Below, piece after piece: positions 40,889 to 52,451 of a stretch of 64,000 bases of DNA. Every line of letters begins with the position of its first letter. Position 1 is the stretch's first letter. Below the pieces are notes generated by a model. It did no database searches. It had not been told where the DNA came from and saw only the letters and a list, made by a program, of their open reading frames with translations. This stretch comes from Vulcanimicrobiota bacterium (lineage in GTDB: Bacteria > Vulcanimicrobiota > Vulcanimicrobiia > Vulcanimicrobiales > Vulcanimicrobiaceae), in the NCBI GenBank assembly GCA_963820825.1, contig CAWGBN010000008.1, forward strand, positions 384,001 to 448,000. The letters run 5' to 3'. A program made the translations under genes and the position numbers.

Positions 40889-42607
40889 TCAGCGCGTCAC
40901 TTCGTCGGAGACGTTCTGCCAATCGAGGTATGCCGGCGGCCGCGACGGCGGATGCGGAGGCGTCACGGGCCGCGAGACCGGCGCGGGCCGTGGCGGCGTT
41001 ACCGGAGCCGCGACGGGGGGCTGATACGGATGCGGTTCCACGGTATGCGGAACCGGTACGTAGCGGCGCGTGCTCTCGAACTGTTGCCATATCTGCGATG
41101 CCGGAGGAGCCTGCGGTTTGGCCGGGACGATCTGGTGCGATTGTTGGTAGAGCGTTTCGTGCACTTGCTGTTGCTGCGCGTGGAACTGCGTCCGATTCGG
41201 CAGCGCCGGCGCCGCAGAGAAGTGCGAACCGGTAAAGTCTTGCGACCAATGGACCGGCGTCTTTGGCGTCGCGCGTCCGAACTGCAGATTCGCCGACGTC
41301 GGCGTGACCGGCAACGCACCGCGCAAGAGCGTAACGCTCTTCAAGTGCGCCGGATCGATCGGAACCGGCGCGGAGAGGTTTCCGGAGCGAAATGCCGCGC
41401 CCGAGAGGCCCGACGCGCCCTTGGCCATGTTGCGATACGTCGTTACGACGCTCGAACCGTAAACGGCGTGCGTCTTAATCGGGATCAGCGGGTGCTGGAG
41501 ATGCGGCGGATTCGAGACGATGCGCGGTGGCGACGGCGGATGCGGGTGCGAATGCCAGGCGTTCCAGCCCGGATACCACGGGTAGAACGGCTCGTACGGC
41601 CAGAGCGGCACCCAACCCCAATACTGAAAGCCGAGCGCCGAGCCCCAGTAATCGCCGAAACCGAACCAGCCGACGACGGCAGGGTACCAGACCGGTCCGA
41701 GCCCTAAGCCGGGCGGATACCAGCACCAGCCGTTGGGTGCACACGAGAACCAATATCCGTAGTGAAAGGGCGCCCATCCCCACGGTTCGAGTGCGACCCA
41801 CGTCCAGCCGAAGCCGTCCTCCCATACCCACGAGCCATTGCGATACGGCGCCCAACCCTCGGAGACGGCGGGTGACCAAACCATCCCGTACGGCGGAACG
41901 TCGATCCAGTCTCCGTAAGCGTTGAGATCGTCGTATCCGGCGATGTTCGCGGGAACGTACGTATCGGTGTCGAGCGCGCTATCGATCGTGCGGTCGCGGC
42001 TCGCACTGAACGCGTCGAGCGCATCGCGCGGAGTCTCCGCGGTCGTCGTTATCGTCGGATTCGCCGCCTGACCCGTCGCCTCGATCGCCTGCCCCGAAAC
42101 CAGCGGATAGCGTTGCTGCGGCGTCACGATTTCGGCTTTGCCGTTCCGCGTGGAGAGAACCGTCGTTCCATCGACGGTCACGTCGACTCGAAACTCGCCC
42201 GCATCGGCGGCCTGCAGCGTCACCGAGGGCGTCTCGATCTCGCTGACGCCGCTCTCGGAATGCGCGATCGAAAGGATCAGGCTCCCCGCGGCGAGTTGCA
42301 CGTCGCGCGTCGAGTCGTCGTTGTTGACGATGCGAATCTGCGTCTGCCCTGCGAGGCGCAGCATCGTAAAACCATCGAGTTGGATCTCCGCTTGGCTACC
42401 GGCTTGCGTGGCCACGTAATCGCCCGGCAGGATCGGCGCGTTCACCCGGGCGGTCAGCTCGGTCTGGTCGTCCCCGCGCCGAATCACGACGCTGCCGCTT
42501 GCGATAACGCTCACGCGCGCGACGTCGGTGTTCTGCGCTGCCGCCGCAGGCAACGCCGCAAGCATTGCCGCGGCGATTACAAAGGCGAGCGGAACGAAGG
42601 TTCTCAA
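40889..42607 (-). CDS. FecR-like plus DUF6600 domain secreted protein with Pro-rich tail
   Basis: ARVSVIASG, LNAYGDW, WAPYRNGSW, EPWGWAPFHYGYW, WYPAVVGW; TTG overlaps the nitroreductase stop. Confidence 0.85.
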   Translation of the reverse strand: MRTFVPLAFVIAAAMLAALPAAAAQNTDVARVSVIASGSVVIRRGDDQTELTARVNAPILPGDYVATQAGSQAEIQLDGFTMLRLAGQTQIRIVNNDDSTRDVQLAAGSLILSIAHSESGVSEIETPSVTLQAADAGEFRVDVTVDGTTVLSTRNGKAEIVTPQQRYPLVSGQAIEATGQAANPTITTTAETPRDALDAFSASRDRTIDSALDTDTYVPANIAGYDDLNAYGDWIDVPPYGMVWSPAVSEGWAPYRNGSWVWEDGFGWTWVALEPWGWAPFHYGYWFSCAPNGWCWYPPGLGLGPVWYPAVVGWFGFGDYWGSALGFQYWGWVPLWPYEPFYPWYPGWNAWHSHPHPPSPPRIVSNPPHLQHPLIPIKTHAVYGSSVVTTYRNMAKGASGLSGAAFRSGNLSAPVPIDPAHLKSVTLLRGALPVTPTSANLQFGRATPKTPVHWSQDFTGSHFSAAPALPNRTQFHAQQQQVHETLYQQSHQIVPAKPQAPPASQIWQQFESTRRYVPVPHTVEPHPYQPPVAAPVTPPRPAPVSRPVTPPHPPSRPPAYLDWQNVSDEVTR

Positions 42608-43200
42608 GATGTCTGCCAAAGAATCTGGGGTGCCGAGCGTCCGTGACTCACGGGCGCCTCGTCCGGGAAGCCGACGACGACGGCAAATACCGGCGTCCAT
42701 CCCGGCGGAATGCCGAGCTCGCGCTTCGTCTCGTCGAGCACGAGCCACGGCCGGGCAAAGCCGATCGGACACGTTCCGAGGCCTTCGGCAAAGGCGGCGA
42801 GCATGAGATTTTCGGCGGCTAGGCAGCAGTCTTCGGCGGCCTGCGTTTCGGGCGAGGTCGCAGAGATCACGATCAAGGCCGGCGCTCCGTGAAAGATGTC
42901 GACGTTGCCTTCGAGCAGGGTGCGGACGTGCGCGGGGATTGCACCGGCAAGGTCGAGCAGATGCGTGCGGGCGCGGTCGGAGTAGCCCCTCAGTCGCTGG
43001 GCACCGGTCACGACGGCAAAGGCCCATGGCTGCAGATTCATCGCGCTGGGCGCTTGAATCGCGGCATCGATCAGTTTTTCGAGCGCTGCGCGCTCGAGCG
43101 GTTCGCTCGTATAGCGGCGAATGGCGCGACGCTGATAAATCGCGTTGAGCACTTCGATCGCCTGCAGCGAGCCCATCATGTTCGCATTACCCGGCTTCAT
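42604..43200 (-). CDS. Nitroreductase family protein
   Basis: RRAIRRY, APSAMNLQPW, AENLMLAA..GLGTC. Confidence 0.93.
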   Translation of the reverse strand: MKPGNANMMGSLQAIEVLNAIYQRRAIRRYTSEPLERAALEKLIDAAIQAPSAMNLQPWAFAVVTGAQRLRGYSDRARTHLLDLAGAIPAHVRTLLEGNVDIFHGAPALIVISATSPETQAAEDCCLAAENLMLAAFAEGLGTCPIGFARPWLVLDETKRELGIPPGWTPVFAVVVGFPDEAPVSHGRSAPQILWQTS

Positions 43201-43610
43201 GCAGCCGTACTCCCTTCGCGCAGCGCTCGACGTCGCGGCGTCAACAGTAGTTCGATCGCCGTTAGGAGCGCTTCGAATGCCTTAGCGCCGATCCGCGCTC
43301 CGATCGCTTCGTGGAAGAGCCTGGCCGCCGCATCGTCGTCGACCACGATCTCCCCGGACATCGTCGGAAGCGCAAAGCCCCCCTGATGGCTCCAGGTAAA
43401 CGCGATGGATAGGCGTCGTTTGACCGACCCGGCGGCGCGCCCGGCGAGAACGTAGACCGCGTCGATCGGTGCGGCGGCAAGTGAGGCCGGCGGGATTGCG
43501 ACCGTAAAAATGCTCGCCACCCCGCCCATGGTCGCCTCCATCAAGGATGCCAGCGCCTCGTCCGATCGAAGCCCGAGCCGGAAATTTGTCTCCAACGAAT
43601 GTCGATTCAT
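43197..43610 (-). CDS. Hypothetical protein, paralog of 55994-56464 and 59461-59910 with an internal deletion
   Basis: Shared W...LPTMSGE...LFHEAIGARI pattern; lacks the GSYxPPxG segment. Confidence 0.6.
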   Translation of the reverse strand: MNRHSLETNFRLGLRSDEALASLMEATMGGVASIFTVAIPPASLAAAPIDAVYVLAGRAAGSVKRRLSIAFTWSHQGGFALPTMSGEIVVDDDAAARLFHEAIGARIGAKAFEALLTAIELLLTPRRRALREGSTAA

Positions 43611-43635
43611 GACCCTCTCCTCAAGCGATGCGGCC

Positions 43636-43746
43636 ATTGTACGGCCCGATTGAGAAACGCTGCGGAAATTCGTTCTTCTAAAGTCGGGGAATCGGGAAGA
43701 ACTTGGGAACCAACTTCACCACGCTTTCCACCTTTCGCGTTAGGCT
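43636..43746. promoter_or_regulatory. Divergent direct-repeat promoters
   Basis: Minus: TTCCG-N6-TTCTC-N10-TACAAT (43636-43667). Plus: TTCAC 43715, TTCCA 43726, TAGGCT 43741, ATG 43753. Confidence 0.75.
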
Positions 43747-43752
43747 TCGCTC

Positions 43753-44253
43753 ATGGAAGCGACAAAGACCGAGATCGACCGCCTGCTCGAACGCAGCGGC
43801 ATCGCACCCCTCGAGATCCACGGAACCGATTCAAGCGCGGCCGCGCGCGGCGGGCGCGAAGGAAACCTGTGCATCGTTCGCAGCGACGGGCGGGACATCG
43901 CCGTCCTTACGGTCGGGAACGGCCGAGCCGACGGTCCGGTGCCGCATAATCTGGCGGAGGCTCTAGCGATCGTGCAGATGCTGCGAGCAAAGGCCGCGAT
44001 CCCCGACGACGCCAGCTTCGAGCACATGCTCGGCGATCTGCTGGTAAAGGCGACGAAGCTCTTCGAAGAGAGCGGTGCAACGAAGTTTGAACTCGGATCG
44101 CTTCGGCTTCACCCAACGTCGTATCACGCCGGCAGCGCGACCTTGATCCACGACAAACCGCTGCACGTGGGCGCACGGCTGGAGCCGGATAGTCACGATC
44201 GGCGCGCCGTCTTCGATCACCGTCACGGTGACTCGATAAAGAATCCGAAGTAG
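43753..44253 (+). CDS. Hypothetical protein
   Basis: First gene of an operon, directly after the conserved promoter; weak resemblance to the ATP-grasp C-terminus of acyl-CoA ligases. Confidence 0.65.
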   Translation: MEATKTEIDRLLERSGIAPLEIHGTDSSAAARGGREGNLCIVRSDGRDIAVLTVGNGRADGPVPHNLAEALAIVQMLRAKAAIPDDASFEHMLGDLLVKATKLFEESGATKFELGSLRLHPTSYHAGSATLIHDKPLHVGARLEPDSHDRRAVFDHRHGDSIKNPK

Positions 44254-44262
44254 GGCGCAGAG

Positions 44263-44937
44263 ATGGATTCGATGCCACGCTTTACCGATCGAGCCGCTGC
44301 GGGCCGGCAGCTTGCCGAGCGCCTGCGAGAGTACGCGGGGCGCCGCGATCTGCTCGTGCTCGCGCTTCCTCGCGGCGGCGTGCCGGTGGGTTACGAAGTC
44401 GCCAAAGCGCTCGATGCTCCGCTCGACGTCTACATCGTGCGAAAGCTCGGCGTCCCCGGCCACGAGGAGGTGGCGATGGGAGCCGTCGCTTCGGACGGAA
44501 GCTACGTCGTGGACGGCGGCATGATCGACGCGTGCGGCGTCTCGCTCAAAGACTTTCAAGTCGAGCTCGTGCACGAATTCGGCGAGCTCAAGCGGCGCGA
44601 GGTTGCCTATCGCGACGATCGGCCCGAACCCGATCCCTTTGGGAAGACCGTCATCGTCGTCGACGACGGCCTGGCCACGGGAGCCTCGATGTACTCCGCC
44701 GTCTCGGCCTTGCGTCAGCGCGAGCCGGCCGCGATCGTCGTCGCGGTACCGGTCGCGCCGCCCGAGACGTGCCGGTCGCTCGAGCGGGTCGCCGACCGCG
44801 TCGTCTGCCCGAATCAACCCGAGCCCTTCGGCGCGGTCGGCTACTACTACGCCGATTTCCGGCAGCTGCACGATGAGGACGTGCGGCGTTTACTCGAGCT
44901 CGCGCAGCGGAACGGAGCGTCATGGAGAGTCGCGTAG
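44263..44937 (+). CDS. Phosphoribosyltransferase family protein
   Basis: FTDRAAAGRQLA, LALPRGGVPV, IVVDDGLATGAS. Confidence 0.93.
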   Translation: MDSMPRFTDRAAAGRQLAERLREYAGRRDLLVLALPRGGVPVGYEVAKALDAPLDVYIVRKLGVPGHEEVAMGAVASDGSYVVDGGMIDACGVSLKDFQVELVHEFGELKRREVAYRDDRPEPDPFGKTVIVVDDGLATGASMYSAVSALRQREPAAIVVAVPVAPPETCRSLERVADRVVCPNQPEPFGAVGYYYADFRQLHDEDVRRLLELAQRNGASWRVA

Positions 44938-46259
44938 CCGTCGACCTCGCCCACGCGCTGATCCCGCTCGCGGGAGAGCGCCGCGAACACGATGCCCTCT
45001 TCGAGATGATCGGCGACGCGCCGGTGGTCTTGATCGGCGAGGCGACGCACGGGACGCACGAGTTTTACCGCATGCGCGCCGAACTGACCAAAAGGCTGAT
45101 CACCGAAAAAGGCTTCACCGCCGTCTGCATCGAGGGCGACTGGCCCGACGCCTATCGCGTGAACCGTTACGTACGCGGTGCGAACGACGATGCCGAGGCG
45201 GTCGACGCACTCGGCGGGTTCATCCGCTTTCCGACGTGGATGTGGCGCAATGCCGACGTGCTCGACTTCGTCGGCTGGCTGCGCGAGTATAACGACTTCT
45301 GCCAAACCAGCGTGCGTCCGAAGGCCGGCTTCTACGGACTCGATCTCTATAGCATGTACGCCTCGATCGACGCCGTCCTCGCCTACCTCGACCGCATCGA
45401 TCCGGCTGCGGCGGCATCGGCGCGCCGGCATTACGAATGCTTGGAGGTCTACGCCGAGCACCCCGAACGCTACGGGATGGCAGCGGCGCACGGGTTGGAA
45501 CCGCGCTGCCGAAGCGAAGTGATCTCCGCGCTGCTGGAGATCCAGCGCAAGGCGGCGCAGTATGCACGGCTCGACGGGCGCGTCGCCGAGGACCAATACT
45601 TCTACGCCGAGCAGAATGCGCGCATCGTCGCCAACGCAGAGCGCTACTATCGCGCGATGATCGATTACTCGGCATCGACGTGGAATCTGCGCGACGAGCA
45701 CATGGCCGATACGCTCGATCGATTGCTGCATCACCTTGCCGGCCGTCAGGGCAGCGCCAAAGCGGTGGTTTGGGCGCATAACTCGCACGTCGGCAGCGCC
45801 GACGCGACCTCGATGTCGCAGCGCGGCGAGACGAACATCGGCGCGTTGAAGCGGCGGCAGTACGGCGACGACTGCATCGCCGTTGGTTTCTCGACCTATA
45901 CCGGCACCGTTACCGCCGCCTCCGATTGGCACGAGCCCGAAGAACGCAAGCGCGTCCGTCCCGCCCGAAACGACAGCTTCGAGTACACGTTTCACGCGCT
46001 CGGGGTGCCGCGCTTCTGGGTTCCGCTCCGGCCTTATCGGCCGCAGCTCGATGGCCTTCCGGCGGAAGCGCTCGAACGCGCGATCGGCGTGATCTATCGT
46101 CCGGATACCGAACTCCAGAGCCACTACTTCACCGCGCGGCTCATCGACCAGTTCGACGCGATCTACCACTACGACGTCACGCGCGCCGTCCAGCCCTTGG
46201 AGCGCAGCCGGCTCTGGCTCGAGGGCGAACCCCCCGAAGCCTATCCGACCGGAGAATGA
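44922..46259 (+). CDS. Erythromycin esterase family protein
   Basis: IGEATHGTHEFY, EGDWPDA, WNLRDEHM, VWAHNSH, ERAIGVIYRP. Confidence 0.93.
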   Translation: MESRVAVDLAHALIPLAGERREHDALFEMIGDAPVVLIGEATHGTHEFYRMRAELTKRLITEKGFTAVCIEGDWPDAYRVNRYVRGANDDAEAVDALGGFIRFPTWMWRNADVLDFVGWLREYNDFCQTSVRPKAGFYGLDLYSMYASIDAVLAYLDRIDPAAAASARRHYECLEVYAEHPERYGMAAAHGLEPRCRSEVISALLEIQRKAAQYARLDGRVAEDQYFYAEQNARIVANAERYYRAMIDYSASTWNLRDEHMADTLDRLLHHLAGRQGSAKAVVWAHNSHVGSADATSMSQRGETNIGALKRRQYGDDCIAVGFSTYTGTVTAASDWHEPEERKRVRPARNDSFEYTFHALGVPRFWVPLRPYRPQLDGLPAEALERAIGVIYRPDTELQSHYFTARLIDQFDAIYHYDVTRAVQPLERSRLWLEGEPPEAYPTGE

Positions 46260-46286
46260 GCGCTCGCTGCATAATGGGGGTAAGCG

Positions 46287-47552
46287 ATGAACGCGCTCGC
46301 GGAAGCCGGCGCCGAGCGGTTCGCGCTGCTTCTCGGACTCTCGCTCTTCTTCGGTTTTGCGTTTGAAGAGTTCTACTCCGACGATCTGCCGCGCCGGCCC
46401 GGCGGCGTTCGCACCTTTCCGCTCTTAGCGCTGGCCGGCGGGAGTCTCTACCTCGTCGAGCCGGAGTACGGCGCGGCCTTCATCGCAGGCCTGATAGTCG
46501 TCGGAACGTGGATCTACGCGTACGTGCGCCGCCAGAGCAAGAACGAGGCGAGCGCGGTCGAGGGCGCGTTCGTCGTTCCGGCCTGCAATCTGCTCGCGTA
46601 CTCGCTCGGAGCGATCGCGCTGACGCAGCCCCTCTGGCTCGCCGTCGGCGTTGCCGTCGCGGCGGTGTTGCTCTTAGGCGGACGCCGCACGCTGCACGAT
46701 TGGGCCGCACGCGTTTCGACGCAAGAGGTCGTTACCGCCGGACAGTTCCTGATTTTGGTCGGCGTCGTCTTGCCGCTGCTCGCCGGCCGGCCGCCGATTC
46801 CGTACACGTCGATCACGCCCTTCGGCGTTTGGCTTGCCGTCGTCGCCGTTTCGTCAATTTCGTACGCAAGCTATCTGCTGCAGCGTTACGTCTTTCCCAA
46901 CGGCGGTACGCTCTTGACCTCCGTCCTCGGCGGTCTCTACTCGTCGACCGCGACGACGGCGGTGCTCGCGCGCCGTCTGCGCGACGAAGGGGCCAGCGCA
47001 GAACTCGAGGCCGGTATCGTCGCGGCGACGGCGATGATGTACCTGCGCGTCCTCGTCGTCTGCTCGATCTTCAATCTCGCACTCGGGCGACTGCTGGTGC
47101 TTCCATTTCTCGCTCTCGCCGCGATCGCCGGCGCGCTCGCCGTGTGGCGCTTTCGTTCGGCAACGCGCTCGGCGCGCACGACTGATTTCCCGAATCCACT
47201 GCAGCTCTGGACGGCCCTGCTCTTTGCGCTGCTCTTCGTCGCCGTCTCGATGCTGGCAACGATCGCGCAGAGCCACTACGGCCGCTCGGGCGTCTTCGCA
47301 CTTGCCGGCATCGTCGGCGTGACCGATATCGATCCGTTCGTTTTGAGCCTCGCACAGGGCGGCGCGGCGGGCATCGGCTTGACCACGGCGGCCGCGGCGA
47401 TCGTCATCGCGACGTCGTCGAACAACGTGCTTAAGGCCATTTATACGATGCTCTTCTCGCGCGGGCGCGCCGGGGCGTTGCCGGCGGCGATGTTATGCGC
47501 GCTTGCCGCACTCGGCATTGCCGGCGCGCTCTTGCTGATTCGCTCGGTGTAA
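46287..47552 (+). CDS. MgtC/SapB-DUF4010 membrane protein
   Basis: GGVRTFPLL, GGLYSSTATT, GVTDID; many TM segments. Confidence 0.88.
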   Translation: MNALAEAGAERFALLLGLSLFFGFAFEEFYSDDLPRRPGGVRTFPLLALAGGSLYLVEPEYGAAFIAGLIVVGTWIYAYVRRQSKNEASAVEGAFVVPACNLLAYSLGAIALTQPLWLAVGVAVAAVLLLGGRRTLHDWAARVSTQEVVTAGQFLILVGVVLPLLAGRPPIPYTSITPFGVWLAVVAVSSISYASYLLQRYVFPNGGTLLTSVLGGLYSSTATTAVLARRLRDEGASAELEAGIVAATAMMYLRVLVVCSIFNLALGRLLVLPFLALAAIAGALAVWRFRSATRSARTTDFPNPLQLWTALLFALLFVAVSMLATIAQSHYGRSGVFALAGIVGVTDIDPFVLSLAQGGAAGIGLTTAAAAIVIATSSNNVLKAIYTMLFSRGRAGALPAAMLCALAALGIAGALLLIRSV

Positions 47553-47553
47553 A

Positions 47554-48009
47554 CTACGCCGCTTTTCTCTGCGCGGGCGGGTTTCGAACGATCAGTACGG
47601 GCACGCTCGACTCGCGCATGACGACTTCGGCGACGCTGCCCATGAGAAAATGCTGAAATCCGCGCCGGCCGTGCGTACCCATGACGATGAGGTCGGCACC
47701 GAGCCGTTCGGCATATTTGAGGAGCTCGAAGGCGGGTACGCCGGTGCGAATCTGCCCGGTGGCGGTGACGCCTTCCCGACAGGCCCGCTCGATCGCCTCG
47801 GTGACGGTCCGCCGCGCCGCAATCTCCATGTCGCGAACCACGATATCCATCGCCGGGCTCGGCGGAGAGGTGGCCGTGATCGCGATCGGATCGACGACGG
47901 AGCAGATGCCCAGCTCGGCCTTTTGGGCCTGCGCTAATCCCAGGGCAACCGAGAACGCCTTGGAGGCGGCTTCGGATCCGTCGAGCGCGACTGCAATCTT
48001 AGTGAACAT
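47554..48009 (-). CDS. Universal stress protein
   Basis: KIAVALDGS; GTHGRRGFQHFLMGSVAE. Confidence 0.93.
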   Translation of the reverse strand: MFTKIAVALDGSEAASKAFSVALGLAQAQKAELGICSVVDPIAITATSPPSPAMDIVVRDMEIAARRTVTEAIERACREGVTATGQIRTGVPAFELLKYAERLGADLIVMGTHGRRGFQHFLMGSVAEVVMRESSVPVLIVRNPPAQRKAA

Positions 48010-48015
48010 GGGGCT

Positions 48016-48107
48016 AGCCTACGCTCGACTCTAGAATTCGTCGTGAATTTTGAGGCCCCGGCTCTTCACAATCGCTTCACGGGAGCGTAACCGGAAACGG
48101 CTATTAT
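48016..48107. promoter_or_regulatory. Divergent direct-repeat promoters (USP / efflux operon)
   Basis: Minus: TTCAC-N6-TTCTA-N10-TAGGCT-N6-ATG. Plus: TTCAC-N6-TTCAC-N6-GTAAC-N10-TATTAT-N6-GTG. Confidence 0.7.
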
Positions 48108-48113
48108 GAGCGC

Positions 48114-49520
48114 GTGAGAACTCTCGTCATATCCGCCGCCCTGCTTGCTCTCGTCTTCGAATCGGCCTGCTCCGGGCAGGCGCCCGACCTCGTAACCGCG
48201 CGTGTGACCCGCGAGCCGATCGCGCAGACCGTAACCGCGTCGGGCACGCTGGCAGCACAAGACACCGTCTTGGTCGGCTCCCAAGTCTCGGGAACGATTC
48301 AGACGCTCTACGTCGATTACAACAGCCCGGTTCGTACGGGACAGGTGCTGGCGCGTCTCGATCCCAGCTTATTCGTCGCCGCGCTCGACCAAGCGAAAGG
48401 AACGCTCGGACAGCTCGAGGCGCAGAGCTCGGCGTCCTCGTCGTCGCTCTCGAGCTCGCTCTACAGCAGCTCGGCGGCTGCCGAGACCGCGCAATCGCAG
48501 CGCAAGCTGATCGTCGCGGCCGACGAAGACGTTCGCAAGACGCGCAGCGCTCTAGATCTTACGCTCTTGACGCTGCGGCGCGACCGCGCGCTGCTGCGTC
48601 AGGGCTACGTCGCGCAGAACGTGGTCGACAGCGATGTAACCGCGGTCGCAACGGCCCACGACGCCTATATCGCGGCGCAGACGTCGGCAAAGACCTCGCG
48701 TTACTCGAGCGCGGCGAGCGGCTACCAGGCCGGCAGCTCCGCCGCGCAAGCGAACGCAGCCGCATCCTCGGCACGCGCAAGCGATTCCGCAGTTCGTGCG
48801 GCAGAAGCGGCCGTGCGGCAAGCGCAGATCAATCTCGACCACGCTACGATCGTCTCTCCGGTCGACGGAACCGTCATCCAGCGCAACGTCTCGGTCGGCC
48901 AGACCGTCGCCGCGGCGCTCCAAGCGCCGACGCTCTTTACCATCGCGAAGAATCTCGCCAAGATGGAACTCGATATCGCCGTCGGCGAACCCGACGTCGG
49001 CGCCGTACGCGCCGGTCAGCGCGTATCGTTCACGGTGCTGGCCTATCCAGGCCGAACGTTCCTGGCGACGATCGATCAGGTGCGGCAGAATCCGACGGTC
49101 GTCAACAACGTCACGACCTACGATACGGTCGCGTATCCGAATAATCGCGACGGCGCGCTTCGCCCGGGAATGACCGCGAACGCGCAGATCACGATCGAAG
49201 ACTATCCCAACGCGGCGGTCCTTCCGCTCGCCGCGCTGCAGTGGCGACCTACTGCCGCCGTCGCAAAGCGGTACCGCATCGTCCCAGCACCCAACGGCGG
49301 CGAAGGCATTCCTGTAGGCTCGTCGGCGTGGGGGGCGACCGGCGCGACCGCAAACTTTGCGGTAGCGGTGGGGGCGCAAGGGAGCTGTTACGTGCTCGAA
49401 AACCGTACGCTGCGCGGCGTCGGCGTAACCGTGCTCGCGATCGACGGAACGCGGGTCGGCGTCAAAGTCGATGCCGGGCGTCTCGCGCCGGGCGATAACG
49501 TCGTCGTCGACATGCAATGA
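48114..49520 (+). CDS. MacA-like efflux periplasmic adaptor subunit
   Basis: VGSQVSGTI..LYVDYNS.V..GQVLARLD; IVSPVDG; GQTVAA; LRPGMTA. Confidence 0.92.
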   Translation: MRTLVISAALLALVFESACSGQAPDLVTARVTREPIAQTVTASGTLAAQDTVLVGSQVSGTIQTLYVDYNSPVRTGQVLARLDPSLFVAALDQAKGTLGQLEAQSSASSSSLSSSLYSSSAAAETAQSQRKLIVAADEDVRKTRSALDLTLLTLRRDRALLRQGYVAQNVVDSDVTAVATAHDAYIAAQTSAKTSRYSSAASGYQAGSSAAQANAAASSARASDSAVRAAEAAVRQAQINLDHATIVSPVDGTVIQRNVSVGQTVAAALQAPTLFTIAKNLAKMELDIAVGEPDVGAVRAGQRVSFTVLAYPGRTFLATIDQVRQNPTVVNNVTTYDTVAYPNNRDGALRPGMTANAQITIEDYPNAAVLPLAALQWRPTAAVAKRYRIVPAPNGGEGIPVGSSAWGATGATANFAVAVGAQGSCYVLENRTLRGVGVTVLAIDGTRVGVKVDAGRLAPGDNVVVDMQ

Positions 49521-50220
49521 CTGCCACGATCGAAACCCACGATCTCTCCCGAATCTTCCGTACCGGCAAGACGGTGTTCGCCGCCGTCGACCGCGTCACC
49601 TTCGAGCTTGCGCCCGGCGAGTTCACCGCGATCATGGGACCGTCGGGCTCCGGCAAGTCGACCTTCATGAACGTCATCGGATGTCTCGATCGTGCCACCT
49701 CGGGGAGCTACGCTCTCGACGGCATCGACGTCGCGACGCAGACGCCCGAACAGCTCGCGGAGCTGCGCCGCAACAAGATCGGCTTCGTCTTTCAGCAGTA
49801 CAACCTGCTCCCGCGCACGAGCGCGCTGGAGAACGTCGAGCTGCCGATGATGTACGCCTCGGTCGCAGCCGGGCAGCGGCGCGCTCGCGCGACCGATGCG
49901 CTCCTCGACGTCGGGCTCGACGAGCCGCATCACCACTGTAATCCGAACGAGCTCTCCGGCGGCCAGCAGCAGCGCGTCGCCATCGCTCGCGCGCTCGTCA
50001 ACAAGCCCAGCTTGATTCTCGCCGACGAGCCGACCGGCGCGCTCGATTCGAAGACGTCGGCAGAGATCATGAAACTCTTCTTGCGCCTCAATCGCGAGCG
50101 CCGGATGACGATCCTCATGGTGACGCACGAGCTCGATGTCGCCCGCTACTCCAATCGCATCGTCTCGTTTCACGACGGCCGCATCGTCAAGACGAACCGG
50201 TCTTACGCGAAGCATCGGCG
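49517..50220 (+). CDS. MacB/LolD-like ABC ATP-binding protein (3' end uncertain, frameshift)
   Basis: GPSGSGKST, LSGGQQQR, ADEPTGALD, VTH. Confidence 0.92.
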
Positions 50221-50225
50221 ATCTC

Positions 50226-51448
<1,223 letters not shown>

Positions 51449-51489
51449 GCCGAATTGAGAAAAACTCGTGAAGCTTCTCCTATCCAGCG

Positions 51490-51521
51490 TTCACGGAGAA
51501 TTCCCGACGCTCTCGTAGGCT
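51490..51521 (+). promoter_or_regulatory. Direct-repeat promoter of tandem USP
   Basis: TTCAC-N6-TTCCC-N10-TAGGCT-N6-ATG. Confidence 0.75.
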
Positions 51522-51527
51522 AGAGTC

Positions 51528-52451
51528 ATGTTCACAAAGCTTTTGGTCGCCCTCGACGGCTCCCCGTGCGCCGAGCGCGCTTTCGAACTCGCGATGCGGC
51601 TCGCAAAGCTCGAAGGATCGAGACTCATTCTCTGCTCGGTCGCCGACCCGGCGCCGGTTTACGGCAGTCTCCAGCCCAACACCCTCATCGAGCATACGCT
51701 CGAGGAGATCCACCAGGAAGCCGAGCGCGTCGCCGGCGATGCCGCCGTTCGAGCGAAGGCCGCGGGCATCGTTGCCGAGGCGTGCGTCTTCGAAGGCGAA
51801 CCCGTCCATCAGATCGTTTCGCACGCCGCTGCGGCGCCGGTTGACGGAATCGTCATCGGCACGCACGGCCGCTCCGGATTCGCTCGCCTCTTTATGGGAA
51901 GCGTCGCCGAAGGCGTGCTCCGGGATGCGACGGTGCCGGTGATCGTCGTGCGGGCGGAGGCGAGCCTTGCGCCGCTTGCGCCCGACGCGACCTTCATCAC
52001 CCGAGTTCTCGTGCCTGTCGATGGCTCGGAGAACTCCCTGCGCGCAATCGACGTCGCCGTCGAGCTCGCCGCGAGCGCCGGCGCGGAAGTCGTCGTCGGT
52101 CACGCGATCAATCTCGGCGAGGCCGCGATGCTTAGCGGCGGTGAGGCGCAACTTCTGGCCGGCTGCCTAGAACTCGTCAAGGAGAAGGGCCAACACGTCC
52201 TCGCTGAAGCGCTCGCGCGCATCGGCAACCGCGTCCCCGCATCGTCTCAGATCGGCGAGGGCGAGCCGGTCGAGGCCATCGCGCAGCTCGTCGCGGAAGT
52301 CAAGCCGGAGTTCGTCGTCTGCGGAAGTCACGGACGCACGGGCTTGAACCGCGCGTTCATGGGCAGCGTCGCCGAGAGCGTGCTGCGCCACGCGCCGGTT
52401 CCCGTGATCGTCGTTCCGGCGAAGAGTATTAATAGTGTATCAGCGGCTTGA
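51528..52451 (+). CDS. Tandem-domain universal stress protein
   Basis: Two DGS...G(T/S)HGR...MGSVAE units. Confidence 0.93.
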   Translation: MFTKLLVALDGSPCAERAFELAMRLAKLEGSRLILCSVADPAPVYGSLQPNTLIEHTLEEIHQEAERVAGDAAVRAKAAGIVAEACVFEGEPVHQIVSHAAAAPVDGIVIGTHGRSGFARLFMGSVAEGVLRDATVPVIVVRAEASLAPLAPDATFITRVLVPVDGSENSLRAIDVAVELAASAGAEVVVGHAINLGEAAMLSGGEAQLLAGCLELVKEKGQHVLAEALARIGNRVPASSQIGEGEPVEAIAQLVAEVKPEFVVCGSHGRTGLNRAFMGSVAESVLRHAPVPVIVVPAKSINSVSAA

